Assembly (NCBI GenBank): GCA_041440805.1
Contig: JASDVF010000008.1
Coordinates: 54,466 to 93,063, forward strand
Origin: Myxococcota bacterium
GTDB taxonomy: Bacteria; Myxococcota_A; UBA9160; UBA4427
Reading direction: 5' to 3'
DNA: 38,598 nucleotides
The position numbers and the translations under genes are program-made. This document shows, piece after piece, positions 9,245 to 19,918 of this stretch (position 1 is its first letter; each line of letters opens with the position of its first letter). The notes under the pieces were generated by a model. That model did not search any database, had not been told where the DNA came from, and saw nothing but the letters and a program-made list of their open reading frames with translations.

Positions 9245-10834
9245 GTGGGTGGTCAGGTCGGTTTCAGAGCAGCAGGCATTGCAGTGCTGCTCATCCTCTT
9301 CTCGTTTCTCGCGGCGGCGAATTTCGTCCCTAAAGAAGATCGTGTGGCCAGCAACTTTTGGCCTGATGATGGTCTGCGCTTAGGCCTCGATCTTCGCGGC
9401 GGCATCCATTGGGTGGTCGGCGTTGAGCTCGACGAAGCGGTCACTCGCGAACTCGAATTCGTGCGGCAGTCGATTCAGGAAGATCTGGAGCAAGACGGCG
9501 TGATGCTCGGAAGGGCGCTCGTCAACGAAGGCACGCTGTTCCTGACACTGGCCAGCGAAGACGACCGCGCGGCAGCGATCGAGAGTGCCGACAACACCGG
9601 CGTGCTCGGAGATGATGACGGTGACGGACTCGAGCTTCGTTATGTGTTGACGGATGACTGGATTGCGCAAGTTCGCGAGAACACGATGTCGCAGGTACTT
9701 GAAGTCCTGCGGCGACGGATTGACGATCCCCAGCGCGGTATTCCAGATTCGGTGGTCACGCGACAGGGCGACGACCGTGTACTGGTGCAAATCCCCGGAG
9801 AGCAGATCGATCGCGAACGGGCACGTACTCTGCTCAAGAGCACGGGCTTTCTTGAGTTCAAGATGGTGGTCGACTCGGATGCGACGGAAGAGATTCTTCG
9901 CGCACGCTATCCCGATGGGATCGGCGACGATCAGATCATTCTTTCGCAGATTGATTCTGAGACCGAAGTCGAAATCGGCGCCTATTTGCTTCCGAAGGTC
10001 GCCGACATTACGGGCGACTATCTCGATGACGCGCGCTTGCAGTTCGACCAACAGCAAAGGCCGATCGTCGAGTTCCGGTTCAATCCGGCCGGTGGTGAGA
10101 TCTTTGGCGATCTGACCGCGGCGAATATCGGTGTGCCCATGGCCATCGTGCTCGACAAGAAGGTCTACAGCGCCCCGGTGATTCGCGGGCGCATCTCGAC
10201 TCGCGGACAGATCGAAGGCAACTACACCGCCGAAGAAGCCGCGGATCTCGCGGTGATTCTGCGCGCCGGCTCACTCTCGGTGCCGGTCGTGATCGAGGAA
10301 GAGCGGACGGTGGGTCCCGGTCTTGGACAAGACTCGATTCAGAGTGGCGCTCGCGCCAGTATGATTGGCTTGGCGCTCGTACTTCTCTTTGCAGGCGGCT
10401 ACTACCGACTCTCCGGCGGCTTCGCGAGCATCGCACTCCTCGCCAACCTGGTGCTGCTAGTCGGCCTGATGTCGCTCTTCGAAGCGACCCTCACGCTGCC
10501 CGGTATTGCGGGGCTCGTCTTGACCGTCGGTATGGCGGTCGATGCCAACGTGATCATCTTCGAACGTATTCGCGAAGAACTCAGGACGGGTAAATCCGTT
10601 CGTGCTGCGATCGGGACGGGATTCGAAAAGGCAACCTGGACGGTACTAGATGCCAACCTCACGACGCTCTTTACCGCCGTCATCCTCTTTGAGTTTGGAA
10701 CGGGGCCAATTAAGGGCTTCGCAGTCACGCTCTCGGTGGGCATTGTGACGAGTGTCTTTGCAGCGCTCGTGATTACACGTCTGCTCTTTCAGCTCTACCC
10801 GGGCAACCGAAACGTATCGTCGCTCTCTATCTGA
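9245..10834 (+). CDS. secD: Protein translocase subunit SecD
   Basis: LGLDLRGG, RTVGPGLG, LTLPGIAGLVLTVGMAVDANVIIFERIREE. Confidence 0.97.
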   Translation: MGGQVGFRAAGIAVLLILFSFLAAANFVPKEDRVASNFWPDDGLRLGLDLRGGIHWVVGVELDEAVTRELEFVRQSIQEDLEQDGVMLGRALVNEGTLFLTLASEDDRAAAIESADNTGVLGDDDGDGLELRYVLTDDWIAQVRENTMSQVLEVLRRRIDDPQRGIPDSVVTRQGDDRVLVQIPGEQIDRERARTLLKSTGFLEFKMVVDSDATEEILRARYPDGIGDDQIILSQIDSETEVEIGAYLLPKVADITGDYLDDARLQFDQQQRPIVEFRFNPAGGEIFGDLTAANIGVPMAIVLDKKVYSAPVIRGRISTRGQIEGNYTAEEAADLAVILRAGSLSVPVVIEEERTVGPGLGQDSIQSGARASMIGLALVLLFAGGYYRLSGGFASIALLANLVLLVGLMSLFEATLTLPGIAGLVLTVGMAVDANVIIFERIREELRTGKSVRAAIGTGFEKATWTVLDANLTTLFTAVILFEFGTGPIKGFAVTLSVGIVTSVFAALVITRLLFQLYPGNRNVSSLSI

Positions 10835-10917
10835 GAGCTTCGCGATATTTGAAAGCTTCCCGATCTAATTCGGCCGCCGACGCCTCTATATACTGATGCG
10901 TTGGCCAGGAGAATCCC

Positions 10918-11952
10918 GTGCCCTTCGAAATTATTCCACCTGGAACTAACGTCGACTTCCTTGGACAGCGACGCATCTGTATCGCTGTTTCGATCGCCGT
11001 GATCGCGCTCGGCGCAGTCTTCGCGAGCGTGAACGGCGTAAAGGTCGGCCTCGACTTCGCCGGCGGCACAGAGGTTCAGCTCCTCTTTGCGGACGGCGTA
11101 GAGGTTGATGAGGGGCTTATTCGCTCCGTTGTCGCAGATGTTGGGTTTGCAGACTCCCAGGTTGTCCGGTTCGGCGACGAGGGCGATTTGGAATTCAACA
11201 TCAAGTTCAATTCCGTCGTGCCCGGTTCGGTGGCGGCGCTCGCCGTGATCGAAGCGCAGACGGGCGAAAATGGCGAGGGCGATGCGGTTGGTCTCGAGTC
11301 GAACACTCGGGTGATGGTCCTCGAAAACTCACTGCGCGGTGCGATCGGTGACTTTACGGAGCAGCGTGTTGAATACGTCGGTCCCCGAGTTGGAGCCGAA
11401 CTGCGAGAGGATGGCGCGAAGGCGCTGCTCTACTCGGCAATCGTCATTCTCTTGTACGTCACGTTTCGGTTTAACTCTCGCTTCGCGCCGGGTGCGGTCG
11501 TCGCAGTGGTACACGACCTGGCGATTACGGCCGGTATTCTCGTCATGCTAGGTGAGGAGTTCGATCTGCAGATCTTGGCCGCGATGCTCGCGATCCTCGG
11601 CTACAGCTTGAACGATACGATCATCATCTACGATCGGATCCGCGAGAACATGGAGTTTCGCACGACGGCAGACTTGGAAGAGACGCTCAACACGAGCGTA
11701 AACCAGACGCTTTCGCGCACGGTGCTCACGTCGCTAACGACGCTGTTGGCACTGCTTTCGCTCTACTTCCTGGGTGGGGCTGTTATTCAGCCCTTCGCGA
11801 AGACGATGCTGATAGGCGTGCTCGTCGGCACGTACTCCTCGATCTTCATCGCATCGCCCCTGCTGCTCTTCTTGGAAGAGCGCTACGGCAATCCCGCTGG
11901 CGGCGGCGACAAGCCGAAGGGGACGGGCGTGAACAAGGCCGCCCGGGTCTAG
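10918..11952 (+). CDS. secF: Protein translocase subunit SecF
   Basis: GLDFAGGT, YVGPRVGAEL, GYSLNDTIIIYDRIRE, NQTLSRT. Confidence 0.97.
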   Translation: MPFEIIPPGTNVDFLGQRRICIAVSIAVIALGAVFASVNGVKVGLDFAGGTEVQLLFADGVEVDEGLIRSVVADVGFADSQVVRFGDEGDLEFNIKFNSVVPGSVAALAVIEAQTGENGEGDAVGLESNTRVMVLENSLRGAIGDFTEQRVEYVGPRVGAELREDGAKALLYSAIVILLYVTFRFNSRFAPGAVVAVVHDLAITAGILVMLGEEFDLQILAAMLAILGYSLNDTIIIYDRIRENMEFRTTADLEETLNTSVNQTLSRTVLTSLTTLLALLSLYFLGGAVIQPFAKTMLIGVLVGTYSSIFIASPLLLFLEERYGNPAGGGDKPKGTGVNKAARV

Positions 11953-11972
11953 CTAGAGCGAATCGGGCGAAT

Positions 11973-12015
11973 AAAAAGCTCACCGGGCAGAATCTCTGCG
12001 ATTCACCCGGTGAGC
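11973..12015 (-). terminator. Intrinsic terminator downstream of the bactofilin gene (possibly bidirectional)
   Basis: GCTCACCGGG...CCCGGTGAGC stem with an inner GAATC/GATTC pair, followed by a U-run on the - strand (AAAAA at 11973-11977 on +). Confidence 0.7.
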
Positions 12016-12091
12016 GAGTTCACTCATCGTTCGGATTCGTCCGAACTCGTCCCGAGTTCTTCGAAGTATGCTCTCGTGCTGAGGGCTCGAA

Positions 12092-12775
12092 CTAGGCGCT
12101 CTTAAGCGCCTCGCCCTGGCCGGCACTACCAGCATTGCCGGCACCGGGCTGCTGACCGGGAGCAGACGGCTTCTTGACGTCCGTCGTGCTGGGAGCGCTC
12201 ATATCGATCGATCCATTCAGGACGGCACCTTCCTGGACGTTGAGGCGTGGGGTGCGCAAGTTTCCTTCTACGACGCCCGTGGCCTGAATCTCAATGCGCT
12301 CAGTGGCAGTGAGATCTCCGATCACCTGGCCAATGACGATGATCGACTTGGCGTTTACTTGCGCCTTAACGCGACCATTCGCACCCACCGTGATTTGGTG
12401 ATTCGAGAGCTCGACTTGGCCATCGACCTGGCCCTCGATTTCGAGGTCCTCGTCGCCCGTCAGCTCACCTTTGAATACGATCGACTGACCAACAGTGGCC
12501 ATGCGTTTTTCTCCCTCTGAGCGTGTGCTCTTCCCTGTGTGTGCGGCACCGGGTTCGGTCCCCGACATCCCTGTCCGATCGTTGCCGGTCCCGCTTGGGG
12601 CCGACGACGAGCCTGCTGTCTTATCCGAAGAATCCTTCGAAGAATGAGAGGCAGAGTCAGTCGATCTGGGTTGGGTCCGCAGAGTATCGGCGGCGGGGCC
12701 GTCAGTAGTTGCGGTCTCGCGATTGGAATTAACAGGGGTTTTATCCCTACGGTCTCTCGAGCTGAAGAGCCCCAC
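12092..12775 (-). CDS. Bactofilin (polymer-forming cytoskeletal protein) with a long disordered N-terminal region
   Basis: TVGQSIVFKGELTGDEDLEIEGQVDG...IIVIGQVIGDL.A.ERIEI..TGVVEGNL..PRL.VQEGAVLNG beta-helix; GTG 12775 has GGAGGG, and an alternative ATG lies at 12502. Confidence 0.9.
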   Translation of the reverse strand: MGLFSSRDRRDKTPVNSNRETATTDGPAADTLRTQPRSTDSASHSSKDSSDKTAGSSSAPSGTGNDRTGMSGTEPGAAHTGKSTRSEGEKRMATVGQSIVFKGELTGDEDLEIEGQVDGQVELSNHQITVGANGRVKAQVNAKSIIVIGQVIGDLTATERIEIQATGVVEGNLRTPRLNVQEGAVLNGSIDMSAPSTTDVKKPSAPGQQPGAGNAGSAGQGEALKSA

Positions 12776-13364
12776 GTGTTCCCTCCGAACGCTTGCGCCC
12801 CGGTTCATACCGGGTCAGGCCGGCAAGCTTAACGCATCCGACTGCTGCGTACGCGGCCCAAAGCGAACCCAGATTGTCGCCTTGTATCCCCACCTCCGTC
12901 CGTGATCCAACTCACCGAAGTCGTAATTGCCCTCGACTCATTGGGCTCCCTTCGCCCGGATTACACCCTCGCTGTAGAACTTCGATGGTTTCAGACGGAA
13001 TCGCGTGAAGGAATTTCTTGTTTTGGTCTCTAAGAGGGAACATGCCGTGCGAGGAAATTCGTCTCATCAATGCCTAATTTCGAGCGGGGGACGATGGAAT
13101 TCCATTGAAATGAAGTGGCCCTGTTGCGAGAGAGCAGACGTACCCGCATCATTCGCCCGCGCCCCTTGCCCGCGTGCGTCGCCGCGCCCCGGCTGTGCGC
13201 AACCCGCCATTACAAGTTGAAATCCAGGTGACCGGAAACTCGGTAGATCCCGTGTGTTCGGTCGACCAGCCGCATGCGAACGCGTGCGTCGCGAAGACGC
13301 GAGTCCGCTGGAAGCGAAGCAGAGCGGGGTGCCCTCGGATAAGATCCCGGGCCGGAGGAAATTC

Positions 13365-15071
13365 ATGAGAAGTGCAGAGTCCATTGGAACAAAATCATCG
13401 ATGCGCGCAGCGTGTTCGCTCGCCGTCCTGTTCCTAACGGCCCATTCCGCAATAGCATTCGCCGAGAGCGCTGAGGCGTCCGCAGAAGACGGCACGCTCT
13501 ACGTCTCGCAGTTCCCGACCGCGACGACCGGCGACCTAGCACCGGGTGCGCAGATCATTGGTGAAGGGCAGGCGCTCTCTATTGCAGAGGCGGTCGCCTT
13601 CGCGATTCAATACAACCTAGACGTTGAGGTTGAGCGCTATGAGCCCATGATCGCGAACGCAGATCGGGATGGTGCATGGGGTGCCTATGATCCGACATTG
13701 AGTGTGGACGGACGGTACGACCTTCAGAAGTCGCCGAACACCACTCTTTTGAATAGCGCGTCGAGCAATCGAGACCGCATACAGGGCGGCGGCGTTGGAA
13801 TCGACCAGTTGATTCCTTATTTGGGAGCGAGCGTTGGGCTTCGATTCGATGGTTCATCAAGAGCAACTCGGCAGGCGTTTGCGCTACTAGACGATCAATA
13901 TGATTCATCACTCTTTCTGACCGCGACTGTCCCCCTCGCCCGGAATTTGATCTGGAACGAAGCTTGGACGAACGTAAAGGTCTCGCAGCTCACTTCGCGT
14001 TCAGCGAATGACGGCTTTCGTGCTGCGGTCATGGATGTCGTACGAGACACTGTTAATGCGTATTGGGATCTCGTCGCTGCGCGCGATCAAGTTCGAGTCG
14101 CACAGAAAAGTACTGAGACGGCTCGCGCGCTCCTGGATCAGACGAAAACTCAATACGAAGTCGGCGTCGTTTCACGCGTTGAGGTCGTCGAGGCTGAGGC
14201 AGGCGTTGCGGATCGCGAGTTTGGCCTAATTCGGGCAGCCAACGTCTATCGAAATGCGCAGGATGCATTGATCAACACCGTCCTCGGTTCCCAGCTAACT
14301 GCGCTTTCGGAGCTCCAGTTTTCTCCCACAGAGGATCCTACTGAGTACGAGAGTCGCACTGTCGACGTGGCTGCTGCGGTCGCAGAAGCATTTCGACAGC
14401 GTCCAGAGCTTGCGCAGGCAGACCGAGAAATCGATAGCGGAGAGTTAGATCTAAAATTTGCGAAGAACCAGAGGTTGCCGCAGTTCGACGTTGAAGCGCG
14501 TCTCGGGTACGTCGGAGTTTCGGGTGATGTGAATAGCGCAGCCGCTTCGAGTCCTTTTGTTCCGCCTGGTACGGATCTAAACAGGTTTCCGACGGGGTAT
14601 CGCAATTCGACCGACGACTGGTTTACGAACGACGGTCAGGAGAATCTTCGTGTGCAGGGCACCTTCTCCATTCCGATCCCTAACACGATGGCGCGCAAGC
14701 GCGTAGTCAGGAGCGATCTGCAGCTTCGTCGCTCCAAGACTCGGCGTGCTCGACTTGAGCAGACGATCATCCTGGAAGTCCGTGCGGCCGCGCGTCTCCT
14801 GAATGCATCAGCCCAGGGCATCGAAGCTTCCGAACGCCGCCGCCTAGCAGCTGCAGAACAGCTTCGCGCAGAGCGTATTCGCCTCGAACACGGCGAATCC
14901 ACTCCCTTCGAAGTACTCCAGCGCGAGAGTGATCTTGTTGAGGCCGAGAGCCAGAAGATCAATGCACTCCAGAGCTATCATGCTGCCGATGTCGGCTTGG
15001 AACGCGCTCAGGGCACGATCCTCGATACACATAGCGTAAGGCTTAACGCGATCGCGGAACCCTCGCGTTAG
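13365..15071 (+). CDS. TolC-family outer membrane efflux channel
   Basis: Two OEP repeats (LSIAEAVAFAIQYN, VNAYWDLV, YEVGVVSRVEVVEAE, AFRQRPEL, GESTPFEVLQ); signal peptide; ATG 13365 after GGAGG. Confidence 0.88.
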   Translation: MRSAESIGTKSSMRAACSLAVLFLTAHSAIAFAESAEASAEDGTLYVSQFPTATTGDLAPGAQIIGEGQALSIAEAVAFAIQYNLDVEVERYEPMIANADRDGAWGAYDPTLSVDGRYDLQKSPNTTLLNSASSNRDRIQGGGVGIDQLIPYLGASVGLRFDGSSRATRQAFALLDDQYDSSLFLTATVPLARNLIWNEAWTNVKVSQLTSRSANDGFRAAVMDVVRDTVNAYWDLVAARDQVRVAQKSTETARALLDQTKTQYEVGVVSRVEVVEAEAGVADREFGLIRAANVYRNAQDALINTVLGSQLTALSELQFSPTEDPTEYESRTVDVAAAVAEAFRQRPELAQADREIDSGELDLKFAKNQRLPQFDVEARLGYVGVSGDVNSAAASSPFVPPGTDLNRFPTGYRNSTDDWFTNDGQENLRVQGTFSIPIPNTMARKRVVRSDLQLRRSKTRRARLEQTIILEVRAAARLLNASAQGIEASERRRLAAAEQLRAERIRLEHGESTPFEVLQRESDLVEAESQKINALQSYHAADVGLERAQGTILDTHSVRLNAIAEPSR

Positions 15072-15073
15072 TC

Positions 15074-15793
15074 ATGGGTACTCACCTGCCCGTCGCAGTG
15101 TTGATCCTGGGGGCGGGACGCGGGGAGCGGCTTGGGCATGAGCTGCCTAAGGCGTTCGTGTCTGTGCTTGGACGGACGCTGATCGAACGATCGATTGTGG
15201 CGCTCGCGAAGGCGGAAGTCTTTGACGTGATTCTTCCCGTGCTGGCTGCGAACGATTTTGATCGTTATGCGTCGCTTGGGATCGAGGCGCCGGGATTGCT
15301 TGCGCCGGTCGAAGGCGGCAAGGAGCGGCAAGACTCGATGCGGGCGGGGTTGGCGTCGCTGCCGCCCGAGATCGAATGGGTCGCGATTCATGATGCGGCG
15401 AGATGCTTGGTGCAGAGCGTTGATCTGCGGGCCGTTGTTGCGGCGGCGTATGAAACGGGCGCGGCGCTCTTGGGTGAGCGTTCGCGGGATACGCTTAAGC
15501 GAGTTGTGGACGGCCAAGTCGTAGAGACCCCTGACCGGGCCGGATATTGGGCGGCTCAGACGCCTCAGGTTGCGCGTCGGGACTGGCTTGAAGAGGCTGC
15601 TGCGCAAGCGACGGCTGAAGGCCGACTTGGTACCGACGATGCGCAGTTGGTCGAGTGGCTGGGGAAACCGGTCGCCATGGTGGAATCCGTCGCGCCGAAC
15701 CCTAAGATTACGCGTCCAGAGGATCTTTTGTTGGCTGAGGCGATTTTGTCCGCGGCCGACGCATCGCGGGATCGGCGAGAGGGCGCGGAATGA
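15074..15793 (+). CDS. ispD: 2-C-methyl-D-erythritol 4-phosphate cytidylyltransferase
   Basis: GAGRGERL...PKAF, GGKERQDS, IHDAARCL, AQTPQ, TDDA, NPKIT.PEDL. Confidence 0.95.
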   Translation: MGTHLPVAVLILGAGRGERLGHELPKAFVSVLGRTLIERSIVALAKAEVFDVILPVLAANDFDRYASLGIEAPGLLAPVEGGKERQDSMRAGLASLPPEIEWVAIHDAARCLVQSVDLRAVVAAAYETGAALLGERSRDTLKRVVDGQVVETPDRAGYWAAQTPQVARRDWLEEAAAQATAEGRLGTDDAQLVEWLGKPVAMVESVAPNPKITRPEDLLLAEAILSAADASRDRREGAE

Positions 15794-16263
15794 GAATCGG
15801 CCAAGGGTACGATGTACATCAACTTGTTCCGGGACGGCGATTAGTGCTTGGCGGCGTCGAGATTCCTCACGATAAGGGGCTCGAAGGGCACTCGGACGGC
15901 GATGCTTTGCTGCACGCTGTGGCGGACGCGATTCTGGGAGCGCTCGGACAGGGCGATCTTGGAGGGCATTTCCCGTCGAGCGATGAGCGCTGGAAAGGAA
16001 TCGCGAGCATTGAGATTCTGGCGGCGGTTGTCGATAAAATGAAGGCCGCGGGTCTCAGAATTGGGAACGTCGATGCGACGATTGTTGCGCAGGCGCCTAG
16101 GCTCTCGCCTCATCAGCCGGCCATGCACGAGAATCTGGTTTCAGTTCTCGGTACAGAGCCCGGGCGCGTGAATGTTAAGGTGACGAGTACGGATCATTTG
16201 GGCTCGCTGGGCCGAGGTGAAGGAATCGCCGGAATGGCCGTCGTCTTGTTGGAAGATCGCTGA
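15790..16263 (+). CDS. ispF: 2-C-methyl-D-erythritol 2,4-cyclodiphosphate synthase
   Basis: RIGQGYDVH, GHSDGDALLHA, GRGEGIA. Confidence 0.97.
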   Translation: MRIGQGYDVHQLVPGRRLVLGGVEIPHDKGLEGHSDGDALLHAVADAILGALGQGDLGGHFPSSDERWKGIASIEILAAVVDKMKAAGLRIGNVDATIVAQAPRLSPHQPAMHENLVSVLGTEPGRVNVKVTSTDHLGSLGRGEGIAGMAVVLLEDR

Positions 16264-16329
16264 GTCGGATTCGGCAGATTTGAGTGGGCTTTGTTGTTCG
16301 GAGCTAAATGAAATGGGACACAGGACGGA

Positions 16330-17766
16330 GTGGAGCGGGCTTTGAGCCAGATCGAGTTTTATGACACGCGGAGTCGCGAGCAGCGGCCTTTCGAACCTCT
16401 GACACCTGGCAAGGTCGGGATCTACACCTGTGGTCCGACGGTCTACGCCGAACAGCATGTCGGAAATGTTCGCTCGCGTCTTTTCTCTGACCTGCTGAAG
16501 CGCTTTCTTATTTCGGAAGGCTTCGACGTCACGCACGTCATTAACATTACGGACGTCGGACACTTGGTTTCCGATGCCGACGACGGCGAAGACAAGATGG
16601 AAGCGGCGGCGAAACGCGCGGGGCAAACTGCCGGCGAAATCGCTGCGCATTACACGGAACTCTGGCGCCAGGACGGTGCGGCGGTGAACTGCCTCCCGCC
16701 GGAGCATAATCCGAAAGCCACCGACCATATCGAGGAGCAGATCGAACTCGCCAAAACCCTCGAAGCCGGCGGCTATCTCTACTCGATTTCCGATGGCCTC
16801 TATTTCGATACGAGCCGCTTCCCACGTTATGCGGAACTAGCGGGCCTTGATCTCGAAGGGCAATCCGAAGGCGCGCGGATCGGCATAACCGTGGGGAAGC
16901 GCAATCCCTCGGATTTCGCGGTTTGGAAATTCGCCGAAGAGGGTGTGCAGCGGCTTCAGGAATGGGACTCGCCTTGGGGCGTGGGCTTCCCGGGATGGCA
17001 TCTCGAGTGCTCGGCAATGAGCAGTCGCTATCTAGGTGAGCGCTTCGATATACATACAGGCGGGATCGACCTCGCGACGGTGCACCATACAAACGAAGTT
17101 GCGCAGAGCGAGTGCGGCTTCGGGGTTCATCCCTGGGTCTCGTTTTGGATGCATAACGAGTTCTTGTCTATGGGCGGTAGCGAGGGTGGCGACGAAAAGA
17201 TGTCCAAGTCGAAGGGCAACGTGAAGACGCTGACCGACTTGATCGACCGAGGCATCGATCCGCTCGCCTTCCGTTACTTCTTCTTGCAGGCCCACTACCG
17301 ACAGCAGCAATCCTTCAGCGACGAAGCGATCGGTTCCGCCGCGAAGGGCTTTAAGCGGTTGCAGAAGATCGCGACGGCGCTTGAGGCAGTTGAAGGTGAC
17401 GGCAGTGCGGACGAGCAGGCCCCGTATCGCGCGCGATTCCGCGAGGCCCTGGCAGATGATTTGAACGCACCCCGGGCCATGGCTGTGGTCTGGGATGTCG
17501 CGCGGAGTGATTCTCTCGCAGACGTGGATCGAAGAGATCTGATGCGCGCTTTTGATCCCGTTCTGGGGCTTCAGCTGGGCTGCGCCTCGGCGGCGGTTGC
17601 AGACGAATGGGAATCCGACCCCCGTATTGATGGCCTTCTGGCCGAGCGAAATAATGCCCGCGAGGCAAAGGACTGGGCGACAGCAGATCGGGTCCGCGAT
17701 GAACTCGCCGCCGAGGGGATTGAGATCGTCGATTCGCCCGAAGGGCCCCGCTGGCGCCGAAAGTAG
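16330..17766 (+). CDS. cysS: Cysteine--tRNA ligase
   Basis: YTCGPTVY, HIGH-like HVGN, PGWHLECSAM, DIHTGG.D...HH.NE, KMSKS. Confidence 0.96.
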   Translation: MERALSQIEFYDTRSREQRPFEPLTPGKVGIYTCGPTVYAEQHVGNVRSRLFSDLLKRFLISEGFDVTHVINITDVGHLVSDADDGEDKMEAAAKRAGQTAGEIAAHYTELWRQDGAAVNCLPPEHNPKATDHIEEQIELAKTLEAGGYLYSISDGLYFDTSRFPRYAELAGLDLEGQSEGARIGITVGKRNPSDFAVWKFAEEGVQRLQEWDSPWGVGFPGWHLECSAMSSRYLGERFDIHTGGIDLATVHHTNEVAQSECGFGVHPWVSFWMHNEFLSMGGSEGGDEKMSKSKGNVKTLTDLIDRGIDPLAFRYFFLQAHYRQQQSFSDEAIGSAAKGFKRLQKIATALEAVEGDGSADEQAPYRARFREALADDLNAPRAMAVVWDVARSDSLADVDRRDLMRAFDPVLGLQLGCASAAVADEWESDPRIDGLLAERNNAREAKDWATADRVRDELAAEGIEIVDSPEGPRWRRK

Positions 17767-17884
17767 CCCGGTAGATGGGTAAATAGGACAGCGGGCGTCG
17801 TCTGGTCGCGGCTGAACTGCATGCGATCGTCGCCGGACGGGACTCCATCAGCGCTGGACGGCACCGGATTCTCGGCTCGCGGTC

Positions 17885-17890
17885 TATACT
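17885..17890 (+). promoter_or_regulatory. -10 element immediately upstream of uvrB
   Basis: TATACT with 6 nt between it and the ATG; no Shine-Dalgarno. Confidence 0.5.
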
Positions 17891-17896
17891 CCGCGC

Positions 17897-19909
17897 ATGA
17901 CCGGCAGCCGCCTCGAAAACGCCTTTCAACTCGTTTCTGAATACGAACCTGCAGGGGATCAGCCTGCGGCGATCGATGCACTTTGCGAGGGCATGCTCCG
18001 CGGGGACAAGCATCAAACCCTGTTGGGTGTGACCGGAAGTGGCAAGACTTTTTCGGTCGCGTGCATGATCGAGCGACTGAATCGCCCGGCCTTGGTGATG
18101 TCGCCGAATAAGACACTCGCCGCGCAGCTCTACGAAGAGTTCAAGGAACTCTTCCCGCATAACGCAGTCGAGTATTTCGTCTCGTACTACGACTACTACC
18201 AGCCCGAAGCTTATCTCCCGTCGACGGATACCTACATAGAGAAGGACTCGTCGGTCAACGATGAGATCGACAAGCTCAGGCACTCCGCAACGCATTCGCT
18301 GTTGACGCGCGAAGATGTACTCGTGGTCGCGAGTGTGTCGTGTATTTACGGCTTGGGCGCGCCCGAGAATTACGGGTCGATGCACGTCTATGTCGAGACG
18401 GGCATGACACTCAATCGCGACGATCTGCTGCGTCGTCTGGTCGACATGCAGTACACCCGAAATGATCATGATTTCCATCGCGGCACGTTCCGCGTTCGCG
18501 GCGACGTCGTCGAGATTTTTCCGCAATACGAAGGGGAACTCGCCGTTCGCGTCGAGTTCTTCGGAGATGAGGTCGATTCGATCGCAGAGATCGATCCCCT
18601 GCGCGGGAAAGTCGTCGCGCGTCCCAAGAAGGCCATGATCTATCCCGCGAGTCATTACGTCGCGGGACAAGAGCGCATAAAGCAGGCCTGTGAAGGTATT
18701 CGAGCAGAGCTGCAAGAGCGCCTCTTCTACTACAACAAAGAGAACAAGCTGCTCGAGGCTCAAAGACTCGAACAGCGCACGATGTACGACCTCGAGATGC
18801 TCGAGACGATGGGCTTTTGTCATGGCGTTGAGAACTACTCGCGGTGGCTGGATGGGCGAACGGCCGGACAGACGCCTTATACGCTCTATGATTATTTGCC
18901 GGACGACACGATCGTCGTACTCGATGAGAGCCATGTTGGCGTGCCGCAGATCGGCGGGATGTCTCGTGGCGACCGCGCGCGTAAAGACACGCTCGTTGAC
19001 TTCGGTTGGCGACTGCCGTCGGCGCTCGATAATCGACCGCTCCGATTCGACGAGTGGGAAGAGCGTGCGGGCCAACGCGTCTATGTCTCGGCGACGCCCG
19101 CCGACTACGAACTCGATGCCTCTCAAGGTGTCGTGATCGAACAGATTATTCGGCCGACGGGCTTGCTCGATCCCGAGATCGAGATTCGGAAGGCAACGGG
19201 GCAGGTTGATGATCTGCTTGCCGAGATTCAGACGCACGTAAAGAAAGAAGAGCGCGTTCTCGTTACGACGCTCACGAAGCGGATGGCCGAAGAGCTGACG
19301 GACTACTATTCGGAGCTCGGGATTCGAATCCGCTATCTGCATAGCGACATCAAGACGCTTGAGCGGATGGAGATCATCAGGCAGCTGCGCGAGGGCAAAT
19401 TCGACGTACTGGTCGGGATCAACCTTCTGCGAGAAGGGCTCGATATTCCGGAGGTCGCGCTCGTTGCGATCCTTGATGCAGACAAGGAAGGCTTCCTGCG
19501 CTCTACGCGTTCGCTCATTCAGACGATCGGTCGCGCCGCCCGTAACTCGGAGGGGCGTGTGATTCTTTTCGCGGACAAAGAGACGGCTTCGATTCGGGCG
19601 ACGATTGAAGAGACCGATCGTCGTCGCGAAATCCAGAAGGCATACAACGATGAGCACGGGATCACGCCGACCACGATCAAGAAGAAGATCTCGAGCCTGC
19701 ACGATTCGATTTGGGAGCAGGACTACGTCACGGTGCCCCGTGCTGATGAAAAGGCCGAACCGGGTATCCCGCGCCACGAGATTCCCATGCTTATCGAACA
19801 GCTTCGCTCCGAGATGCGCGACGCGGCTCGCGAACTCGACTTCGAGCGCGCGGCTGAGCTGCGCGACCGAGTGAAGGCCCTTGAATCCGAACGCATTCGG
19901 TTGACCTGA
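17897..19909 (+). CDS. uvrB: Excinuclease ABC subunit B
   Basis: [40 protein letters not shown]-terminal UVR domain. Confidence 0.98.
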   Translation: MTGSRLENAFQLVSEYEPAGDQPAAIDALCEGMLRGDKHQTLLGVTGSGKTFSVACMIERLNRPALVMSPNKTLAAQLYEEFKELFPHNAVEYFVSYYDYYQPEAYLPSTDTYIEKDSSVNDEIDKLRHSATHSLLTREDVLVVASVSCIYGLGAPENYGSMHVYVETGMTLNRDDLLRRLVDMQYTRNDHDFHRGTFRVRGDVVEIFPQYEGELAVRVEFFGDEVDSIAEIDPLRGKVVARPKKAMIYPASHYVAGQERIKQACEGIRAELQERLFYYNKENKLLEAQRLEQRTMYDLEMLETMGFCHGVENYSRWLDGRTAGQTPYTLYDYLPDDTIVVLDESHVGVPQIGGMSRGDRARKDTLVDFGWRLPSALDNRPLRFDEWEERAGQRVYVSATPADYELDASQGVVIEQIIRPTGLLDPEIEIRKATGQVDDLLAEIQTHVKKEERVLVTTLTKRMAEELTDYYSELGIRIRYLHSDIKTLERMEIIRQLREGKFDVLVGINLLREGLDIPEVALVAILDADKEGFLRSTRSLIQTIGRAARNSEGRVILFADKETASIRATIEETDRRREIQKAYNDEHGITPTTIKKKISSLHDSIWEQDYVTVPRADEKAEPGIPRHEIPMLIEQLRSEMRDAARELDFERAAELRDRVKALESERIRLT

Positions 19910-19918
19910 GGCGAAGCC

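Noticed and set aside
17351-19777. 808-aa - strand ORF
   Set aside because: Antisense shadow of uvrB and the end of cysS; no recognisable motifs
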